Assembly (NCBI GenBank): GCA_046757025.1 | Contig: JBHHXN010000035.1 | Coordinates: 1-37,341 of the forward strand | DNA length: 37,341 bases | DNA from: a bacterium | GTDB taxonomy: Bacteria; Zhuqueibacterota; Zhuqueibacteria; Oceanimicrobiales; Oceanimicrobiaceae | Direction: 5' to 3' | Shown here: piece by piece, positions 8,794 through 16,094 of the stretch | How the letters are laid out: each line of letters opens with the position of its first letter | How positions within the stretch are numbered: position 1 is the stretch's first letter | Notes under the pieces: generated by a model | What the model was told of the DNA's origin: nothing | The model's input: only the letters and a program-made list of their open reading frames with translations | The model's database searches: none | Program-made: the position numbers and the translations under genes

Positions 8794-10254
8794 TTAGATT
8801 TGTTTACTGAAAAGCAAACCTTTCAGGGCATTCAATTCTCTGCGATCAAAAAACCCCGTAAGATAGAGCAGAATGGGCAGACTCAAAATCAATAAAATTT
8901 TGATGACGTTGGTCCAGCTGCCCTGGACAAAATAACCCGCGGCAAACACCGCTGCCACCACGCCCGCTATTTTCAGCAGACGCACAAACTCGTAAGCGAT
9001 GGTGTAAAATCTTTGGGCGGTTAAATACAGCGCCACCGTCATGACTAAGAACCCGATCAACGAGGCAAAAGCCGATCCCATCATGCCGAACGGCGGAATC
9101 AACACCACATTGGCGATGATATTCGCCAGCGCCCCCAGGCCGGTGATGATGGGTAAATATTTGGTTTTCTTCTTCAAATAAATGCCCACCACAAAATTGA
9201 CGTATATGCCGTAAAACAAATAGGCCAGCAAAATCACTGGCACCACCTGCGTGCCGCCCCAGTATTTTTCACCGATCAGGCTGTAGCCAAACACACGGAA
9301 GCGCACGATGTCATCGATAAAGAACGAAATTATCAAAAAAAGCACCGCCGCCAGCAAAGTGAAATAAGTGAGTATTTTTGCAAAAACAGCTTTGGCATTT
9401 TCCTGTTTGGATGTGGAAAGAAAAAACGGATGCCAGGCGAAGCGAAACGCCGCCACAAACAAACTCATGAAAATACCCAGTTTGTAGCCAGCCGAATAAA
9501 TCCCCGTGACGTCGAGGCCGGCCATGCGCTCCAGAATAAATCGATCAATCGTTTGCAGAATTACCACAGACAGTGTGGAAGGTAAATAGGGCAGCCCAAA
9601 TTTCAACAGTTCTTTTAATTCGTCCCAAATAAAAATCAAAGAAGTTTGCCGGAAAAGGATGGGAAGCAGCAGGATGAACGTCACGCCGGAAGCCCAGGCA
9701 TTGGCCAGAAAAATGCCCTTGACGCCGATGCGCAAAAAGACGATGTAGTAAAAATTGAGTCCGACATTGATGATGACATTGATGAATTTAATCAACGTAA
9801 AGTGGGTGGATTTTTCTTTTGCTCGTAAATACAAAAACGGTAGAAAAGCCAGCGCATCGAAAAAAAGTATCAAACAGCCGATTTGAAACAAGTCGGTATG
9901 CTCGCCCTCGGTAATGAAAAACTTTGAAATGGCGTGAGAATAAAAATAACCGATGACCGTGAACAGACCGGCCACGAGTAAAACCGACCACAAAGCGCTG
10001 CTAAAAATCTGCCGCTGTTTGGTTTGGTCCTCGCTCAGAATATAAAATCGCAGAAACGCGGCATCCAGTCCGAAGGTATAAACGATGGTCATCAGGCCGA
10101 GATAGGTGAAAACCACAGCCGACACGCCGTATTCGTCCGGCGGTAGAATTTGTGAATAGACCGGCAGCAGAATAAAATTTACTAGCCGTGAAATGATAAA
10201 TCCCACGCCGTACACCGCCGAATGTTTGGACAAGCGCTTGAGACTGCTAAGCAT
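8794..10254 (-). CDS. Wzx-like oligosaccharide flippase / polysaccharide biosynthesis protein
   Basis: 12-14 TM helices. LLPVYS..L.PDEYG, LLKFGLP, IDRFIL..GIYSAGYK and LIPPFGMMGSA motifs of the MOP flippase family. Confidence 0.92.
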   Translation of the reverse strand: MLSSLKRLSKHSAVYGVGFIISRLVNFILLPVYSQILPPDEYGVSAVVFTYLGLMTIVYTFGLDAAFLRFYILSEDQTKQRQIFSSALWSVLLVAGLFTVIGYFYSHAISKFFITEGEHTDLFQIGCLILFFDALAFLPFLYLRAKEKSTHFTLIKFINVIINVGLNFYYIVFLRIGVKGIFLANAWASGVTFILLLPILFRQTSLIFIWDELKELLKFGLPYLPSTLSVVILQTIDRFILERMAGLDVTGIYSAGYKLGIFMSLFVAAFRFAWHPFFLSTSKQENAKAVFAKILTYFTLLAAVLFLIISFFIDDIVRFRVFGYSLIGEKYWGGTQVVPVILLAYLFYGIYVNFVVGIYLKKKTKYLPIITGLGALANIIANVVLIPPFGMMGSAFASLIGFLVMTVALYLTAQRFYTIAYEFVRLLKIAGVVAAVFAAGYFVQGSWTNVIKILLILSLPILLYLTGFFDRRELNALKGLLFSKQI

Positions 10255-10305
10255 GTCTGTAGCTAAATAGGTTCGTGTTTAGTAAAATGCCCTAATTTGG
10301 AACAC

Positions 10306-10334
10306 AATATATTCATAAGGTCTTGAAAAGTCAA
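10306..10334 (-). promoter_or_regulatory. Sigma-70-type promoter for the flippase operon
   Basis: TTGACT (10334-10329), 17 nt spacer, TATATT (10311-10306). Same -35 hexamer as the tRNA promoter. Confidence 0.65.
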
Positions 10335-10711
10335 GAGCGAATTCATGGCTAATAGACACGTCGGTTGCAGAGAAACCGCCCTCCCAACCGGCTTCGTTTT
10401 TGATGAGGCAGCACCTTTCAGGGGGCCGATTCTCGCCGGCACATCATCGCACTTGCGGCATTTCTCTTGATCCCGTTTTGAAACAAATGTGATGATACAT
10501 TCGGGATAATTTTACTCAATTAGCTTGTTTTGCCTTTAAAGTTATTATAGAACAGAATTAACTCTAAATGCAATAAAAACCATACTCAGTAGTTGGAACT
10601 TTTTGACGATTTATATATTTTAAGAAATAAAAAACGTCAAATTCAGGTACTTATTTTGGAGACGAATTTATATTGCCATAATCTGATTTAATCTAGAAGG
10701 TGGTGTTGTAG

Positions 10712-11458
10712 TTGATTAAAGCCAATTGTCGAAAAAAATTTACCAAAGAGGATTTCGAATTCATTGCGCACACGCTTGGTAAAGATCATAAAAACAAAGC
10801 AGCTGTGGCCAAGCTATTGACCGACGACGAATCCCGCGATGACATTTTAGATCACGAATTGCTGTTTGACTCACTGAACCAGCAAACCGGCTTCAGCAAA
10901 ATTTCGCCGTACCTGTATTTTTATTTGTTGACCCGCAAGGTTTTTAAAGAGCGCGATTTAGATGATCGGAATCTCGCCGATTACGTGGCCTCCATGCTGG
11001 CTGAATTTTGCAGTCTAAAACGGGCCATGAGCATTTCACGCGACCATCCCAAATCCTATCAATATTTGACCGATATGATGATCGATTTCGTGGAAGCTTC
11101 TTCGTTTGAGGCTTTTTTGCTGCGCAGTCATATCGGCAATTATACGCTGCTTTTGACCGGCATTTTTCCCGATTATATTTACCGTAAATCCACTTACGGC
11201 CGAAAAGCGCCCGGCTTCGAATACTACGAAGAGATGGGCCGCAGCAGTTACCGGTGGGCTGCCAAGCACAAATTAGCGGTAAAATATCGTCTGGTAGAAA
11301 TTCTTTCGAATCTGGCGCAGCAATTCCGCCTGGTGCGGTTGGCGTTGAATAATTTGTCCGACAATTATTTAACGCTCAATGAGCATCCTGCGAATTTAGA
11401 CCATGTGCTTCGACGTATTTTTTACGGAGAGGCCGGTGGCGACCTGTCACAGGCCTGA
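10712..11458 (+). CDS. Conserved hypothetical alpha-helical protein
   Basis: 248 aa ORF with TTG start after SD GAAGGTGG. Motif-like segments HIGNYTLLLTGIFPD and YYEEMGRSSY. No shadow ORF of similar length. Confidence 0.8.
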   Translation: MIKANCRKKFTKEDFEFIAHTLGKDHKNKAAVAKLLTDDESRDDILDHELLFDSLNQQTGFSKISPYLYFYLLTRKVFKERDLDDRNLADYVASMLAEFCSLKRAMSISRDHPKSYQYLTDMMIDFVEASSFEAFLLRSHIGNYTLLLTGIFPDYIYRKSTYGRKAPGFEYYEEMGRSSYRWAAKHKLAVKYRLVEILSNLAQQFRLVRLALNNLSDNYLTLNEHPANLDHVLRRIFYGEAGGDLSQA

Positions 11459-11464
11459 GCCCTC

Positions 11465-12142
11465 ATGTCGCTATTAAAAGAACTCCAGCTCATCACCGAG
11501 CGTACTTACCAGATGAACAGCGGAATCAATCTCGAAAAGTTTGTCATCGGACGCAAACGCTTTCGTGAGCTCAACCGATTCTGCGGCGCCGAAACGCTGG
11601 AGCTCTCCGATTCAGCGCGGGTGTTTTTTCGGGCGGCGAACGGCAAATTGTTTTTGGCGATTTACTACTCGAATGAAATCATCTCGGTGCTGGAAAAATT
11701 CGATCCCCGCCAGGGACTGCACGAAAAAAATATCCAGGCTTTCGTGGTGTTCATAGAGGAAATCAATCACAGCATTCACGCTGCGCTGAAATTTATTTCT
11801 GGCGAGACCGAAGTGCAAACCGAGGAATTCCTGCGTGATTTAGAGCTGCTGGCTAAAATCGACACTTACCTCATTCTCAAATTCTTTTTGGCTTATTTTA
11901 ATCCTTCCAAGCAACTGGAAAATTTCGATCGTGTGTGGCTGAGATTTCATCTGTTCGAGCGTCAGAATTTTGACTACGAGAGCCGGAGGTTAGCGGAGAG
12001 GTACTACCAAACAAACCATCTGAGTGAAAAGTACGTACGATTTTTGGACAGCCTGCCGCCGAAACACCGCGTGCATGAAATCCGCAGGTTCAGAGACCTG
12101 CCCTACGCCAACAAAGCCAGATACATCCAGATGCTGCCATGA
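11465..12142 (+). CDS. Conserved hypothetical protein with EExxH...E motif
   Basis: 225 aa ORF starting 6 nt after the previous stop. IEEINHSIH and DLELLAKIDTY segments. Confidence 0.8.
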   Translation: MSLLKELQLITERTYQMNSGINLEKFVIGRKRFRELNRFCGAETLELSDSARVFFRAANGKLFLAIYYSNEIISVLEKFDPRQGLHEKNIQAFVVFIEEINHSIHAALKFISGETEVQTEEFLRDLELLAKIDTYLILKFFLAYFNPSKQLENFDRVWLRFHLFERQNFDYESRRLAERYYQTNHLSEKYVRFLDSLPPKHRVHEIRRFRDLPYANKARYIQMLP

Positions 12143-12189
12143 GCTCGGATGCACCAAGCCATACCGCAAATAAACTTCTGCCGCCAAGG

Positions 12190-13647
12190 TTAATTGCCGG
12201 AACCGTTCATTCGATAAATGATCCGACCCTGGCCGGCGATTTCTCCCTGTTGGTACCTTTCCAGTAAACGCAGGCACGCATCAAAATCCGCCAGCTCTTT
12301 TACATCGATCCAGGAGACCCGATCCCGGTGCTGCGCAAACCAGCGCCAGAACAGCTCTGCCTGCTCGCGCTGTAATTCATCCGGCGGTCGCTTTTTGGCC
12401 GGATAAAACAGTCTGCGCAATTTTTCCTGTGCGCTGCGGGAAAGGTCTTTCTGCCGGTGAATTTGAATGCGCTCGCATTTGCCTTCCGAGCTCACGCAAA
12501 ACAACGTGAGACGGGACGGTATCCTGGCAGGTAGGACCATGATCAAATCTTTGGGATGCCACTCACTGCGGGATTTCGCATGCACCTCTATTTTTAAATT
12601 TATTTCAGGCTGATTTTTTTTGATCAGTTTCTGCTCCTCTAAAAAAGCCTCCAATTCCGACCCCATTTCGATGATTTCGATGTCAAAAATTCGCTGCCAG
12701 ATCGCCTGCATTTTGCGGTCCACCTGTTCGCGGGCACGAAAATAAGAACCCACGCGCTGCTTTAAATTTTTAGCCTTGCCAACATAAAAAACCTTATCTT
12801 GATGGTCCTTCATCAGATAAACCCCCGGGCTTTCTGGAAGATTTTCTAAAAAGCGCCGGCTGATTTGCTTGTCTTCCAAATTCACCTGCAAGCTCTGTGG
12901 ACGCTGAAATTCCAACACTTTTTCTAAACTGTCAAGACCCTTTTCCCGGCATTTTTCAAGTACTGCAAAAAACAAATTGGTCTGGTTGGATAAAAGGTCC
13001 GGCAATTCTTCGGATTCTAAAAAAGGCAGTTGCAAAACGGCCGCAGCCTCGGCCGCGGTTTGCACTTTATTTTCCGGCCGCAACCGGCGCAGTAGTTTTT
13101 TCAACGAAAGCGCCTCCAGCGCCAGGAAAACTCCGCACAGATTCAACGCTTCTGAAATGAGAAAATTGCGCACCGCCACCGGCGAAAAAGCCGTCAGTAC
13201 TCCCTCCTCCAAAACCGAAAGCAAGTTGGGCAATACTTCGCGCCAAGGTTTAGCCACAGCGTCCCTCACTGGCAGGGCCGTTTGTCCTCCCGGTTCACCG
13301 CGAATCGCCGTGTTTAAAATGGTTTCCATCACCCGACCATCCTGAACACGATGGACGCCTAACTGCAAATAACGGCTCTGGGCCAGCCTGCCAGCGTCGC
13401 CCCGCAGCTCCAGCACATTAAAAATCACCGAAGATAAAGGCGTCTCCGCTCCTTCCGGCTGCGGTTGAATATACCAATTGCCCAAACCGTCCGAAACGAA
13501 CACAGGTTGATTTTTGGCCATACCGGCGACAATTTTTTCAGCCACATGCCGCCGCGCTCCGCGCATATTCAGCAACTGACCCACGATTTCCACTGAAGAC
13601 GCGCAGCCGCCTCGGGCTTTGAGATAATTGTAAAGTTTATCTTTCAT
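12190..13647 (-). CDS. UvrC/Cho-like GIY-YIG nuclease fused to a degenerate DEDD exonuclease-like region
   Basis: LPESPGVYLMKD...FYVGKAKNLKQRVGSYF...ELEAFLEE..LIK...P..N is a clear UvrC-type GIY-YIG domain. The N-terminal half has a DnaQ-like layout without the catalytic motifs. Confidence 0.85.
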   Translation of the reverse strand: MKDKLYNYLKARGGCASSVEIVGQLLNMRGARRHVAEKIVAGMAKNQPVFVSDGLGNWYIQPQPEGAETPLSSVIFNVLELRGDAGRLAQSRYLQLGVHRVQDGRVMETILNTAIRGEPGGQTALPVRDAVAKPWREVLPNLLSVLEEGVLTAFSPVAVRNFLISEALNLCGVFLALEALSLKKLLRRLRPENKVQTAAEAAAVLQLPFLESEELPDLLSNQTNLFFAVLEKCREKGLDSLEKVLEFQRPQSLQVNLEDKQISRRFLENLPESPGVYLMKDHQDKVFYVGKAKNLKQRVGSYFRAREQVDRKMQAIWQRIFDIEIIEMGSELEAFLEEQKLIKKNQPEINLKIEVHAKSRSEWHPKDLIMVLPARIPSRLTLFCVSSEGKCERIQIHRQKDLSRSAQEKLRRLFYPAKKRPPDELQREQAELFWRWFAQHRDRVSWIDVKELADFDACLRLLERYQQGEIAGQGRIIYRMNGSGN

Positions 13648-13740
13648 TTGATGGACAATTATTTTATATTCTTTTGGCGTGGCGGTTCAATAATTTTTAC
13701 AAACAAAAGCACATAATTTTTGTTGCTCGTAATGAGTGAT

Positions 13741-13762
13741 TGTCATTCTGTAAGAATCTTTT
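13741..13762. repeat. Isolated arm of a REP-like repeat
   Basis: TGTCATTCTGTAAGAATCTTTT matches 15902-15923 at 20/22. Confidence 0.6.
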
Positions 13763-13948
13763 CAATTACCACGCCAAGGTGAATATCATATTTTTCTTAC
13801 GCCCTTTTCGGTTAAAAATTGAAATTAAGAACAAAGAGGTTTGACCAAACCAACGCCATTTTCAATAAATAAGAAAATGCCTGATACACATTGCGCTACA
13901 GTTTAAAATAACTAATTCCACTTTCAATCACAACCCATAAAATCCACC

Positions 13949-14962
13949 ATGAATATTTTTGTGATCCTTTTTGTTGCGACGCTGTGCTTGAGCTGCAGCG
14001 AAGAATTCGATGCCAACCCTCGCGCAAAAATGCCAGCCCGGTTGGCCGGGCAGGCCGCTAACCCGACCTCAAAGCAAACGGAGAAAATGATGGTGAAAGT
14101 CAAAATCCTCGGCACTGCCCAGGATGGCGGATTGCCGCAGCTTGGCTGCCAGAAAGCGCACTGCCAGGCCGCCTGGAACAATCCGGCTCGCAAGCGGCTG
14201 GTCACCTCCCTGGCCATTATCGATTACACCAGCACCCAGGTTTTTTTAGTGGACGCCACGCCGGACATTCGTGAGCAAATCCATCGCATTCAGCAAGACG
14301 CCGACCTGAAACTGCGCACGGCACCCAATCCCGTGGACGGCATTCTCCTGACCCACGCGCACATCGGGCACTATTCCGGGCTGGTGCATTTGGGTTTCGA
14401 AGCGCTCTCCTCAAAAAAACTGCCGGTTTTTTGCACCCAGCGCATGGCCCACTTTCTCTCCCAAAACGGTCCCTGGAGCCAGCTTGTTCGAATTAAAAAC
14501 ATCGTGCTCAATGAAATGACCACAGACAGGACATTTTCCCTGACGCCACAGATTACGGTGACCGCGCTGCCGGTGCCGCATCGGGACGAATATTCGGATA
14601 CAGTGGGATTTCTCATCCGCGGGCCTGACAAAAGCCTGCTCTACATTCCGGACATCGACCACTGGAGAACCTGGGACCGCTCGCTGCCGGAACTGTTAAA
14701 AGACGTGGATTATGCCTTTCTAGACGGCACTTTTTTTTCACCGGCAGAGCTGCCCAACCGCGACCTTTCGAAAATCAAGCACCCGTTGATCACCGACACC
14801 ATGGCTTTGCTGCAAGAACTGGTTGACCAGCACACTGTGCAAATTTATTTCACGCATTTAAATCACAGCAATCTTTTGCAGGACGAAAACAGCGAAAGCC
14901 GGCACCTGCTGAAATCCAAAGGATTTTTCATGGCGGAAGAGGGGATGGAATTTGAGTTGTGA
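13949..14962 (+). CDS. PqqB-like metallo-beta-lactamase fold hydrolase, predicted lipoprotein
   Basis: LGTAQDGGLPQLGC, DATPD, THAHIGH, VPHRDE, YIPDID, DGTF and THLNHSN motifs. Lipobox-like LCLSC. Confidence 0.88.
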   Translation: MNIFVILFVATLCLSCSEEFDANPRAKMPARLAGQAANPTSKQTEKMMVKVKILGTAQDGGLPQLGCQKAHCQAAWNNPARKRLVTSLAIIDYTSTQVFLVDATPDIREQIHRIQQDADLKLRTAPNPVDGILLTHAHIGHYSGLVHLGFEALSSKKLPVFCTQRMAHFLSQNGPWSQLVRIKNIVLNEMTTDRTFSLTPQITVTALPVPHRDEYSDTVGFLIRGPDKSLLYIPDIDHWRTWDRSLPELLKDVDYAFLDGTFFSPAELPNRDLSKIKHPLITDTMALLQELVDQHTVQIYFTHLNHSNLLQDENSESRHLLKSKGFFMAEEGMEFEL

Positions 14963-14982
14963 TAAAATTGAGCAAGCAGTAG

Positions 14983-15450
14983 TTAGCGGCCAAGCTGTAG
15001 CGACACCCCGATGTTGTTTTTCACAACCAGGCCGTAAACCACGTTCAGCAAACCCAGGGTTAAATAGGCTGCTGCAGGATCTTCTTTTTTAATATGCGCC
15101 AGGCCCCACAAAACCCCGCCGGTAATTCCAGCCTTCATGACGATGGCCAACGGCCTGTTCTTGATAAAGGTTCTGGCAAAAGGATTGGCTTCTTTTGCGC
15201 CGCGGTCTAAACTGTAGAACGTCGTGCCCAGATCAACGGCATTTAACAGCACATAATTGATTTGAAGGGCGGTGTAAAACCAGCTGCGGCCTGAGGACGT
15301 CAATTTTTTTTCAACTGGCGCACCGACCTCCTGCTTGAATGCGGTCAGGTGCAAATTAAAATCGTGCTGGCTCTGCGAAAAAACCGGCTCCGAAAACATC
15401 AAACCCGCTAACAAACAAACCGTGCTCGCCCTCGATAAATTCCATTTCAT
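14983..15450 (-). CDS. DUF5658-like membrane protein with signal peptide
   Basis: LNAVDLGTT...GAKEANPF motif followed by two hydrophobic helices. Confidence 0.7.
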   Translation of the reverse strand: MKWNLSRASTVCLLAGLMFSEPVFSQSQHDFNLHLTAFKQEVGAPVEKKLTSSGRSWFYTALQINYVLLNAVDLGTTFYSLDRGAKEANPFARTFIKNRPLAIVMKAGITGGVLWGLAHIKKEDPAAAYLTLGLLNVVYGLVVKNNIGVSLQLGR

Positions 15451-15469
15451 CTCTAAACAACCTGCTTAT

Positions 15470-15491
15470 CCCTAGCGCGGCGGAGCCGCAA
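15470..15491. repeat. Dispersed 22-bp GCGGC-N3-GCCGC palindromic repeat
   Basis: Reverse complement TTGCGGCTCCGCCGCGCTAGGG matches 7062-7083 at 20/22. Confidence 0.7.
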
Positions 15492-15544
15492 ATGTTTAAA
15501 TGACTTGCTTTGTTGTGGTCCAAACCATGGTGCTATTATCAGCC

Positions 15545-15737
15545 GTCATTAAGCCTCGCTGTCATTGACAGAGGTGAATTATTGCTGCTGTCTAAAATGA
15601 CGCCAAAGGCAAATGACCTGATGACTTTATGACGGGTCGTGTCATTCACTTCGCGTCATTTAGCCATTTTCTTGTAAAAAAATGCAAAAGTTCAGAAGTA
15701 ATACTATAAGGCACTGCCTATGGCATCGGTCGTCATT
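15545..15737. repeat. Cluster of nine ATGAC/GTCAT motifs with nested inverted arrangement
   Basis: Copies at 15545, 15561, 15597, 15613, 15621, 15629, 15641, 15655 and 15732. AAATGACGC (15595-15603) pairs with GCGTCATTT (15653-15661). Confidence 0.6.
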
Positions 15738-15850
15738 CAGAAATGATTAAGTTATCTCAATCTTATCAAATTTGACACTGAATGCTGGAATCCTGAATTT
15801 CCCGCGGGCGGTTGTGTGGGTGTTAATCATTGCGGGTGTTCACGCTTTAG

Positions 15851-16004
15851 AGGCCGTGTGAAAAATAGCTTGAGACAGCTCCAAACTTAAAAACACGTAG
15901 ATGTCACTCTGGAAGAATCTTTTTACTAAACAGCACATTACGTCCTACAAAAATGATTCTTACATAATGACAAAAATCCCTGTTTTTGACTTTTCACAAA
16001 GCCT
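15851..16004. mobile_element. MITE-like element A (~154 bp)
   Basis: Terminal inverted repeats AGGCCGTGTGAAAA / TTTTCACAAAGCCT (12/14). Internal inverted repeat 15902-15919 / 15955-15972 (15/18). Confidence 0.6.
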
Positions 16005-16094
16005 TGTTGGCGTGCTATCTCGTAACGCCCGGTCGTGAACAAATCCAGGCAGCAAATGTGGTGATCAGATCGAGGTCAAAATGAGGAGATAATG

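Noticed and set aside
12190..13647. Calling this gene uvrC
   Set aside because: It lacks the RNase H-like and HhH C-terminal domains of UvrC, and the GIY-YIG domain is internal.
13949..14962. Calling this gene pqqB / a PQQ biosynthesis locus
   Set aside because: No other pqq genes are present and the protein has a lipoprotein signal.
15545..15737. CRISPR array or iteron origin
   Set aside because: Units are only 5-9 nt, occur in both orientations, have no unique spacers of constant length, and there is no cas or rep gene.
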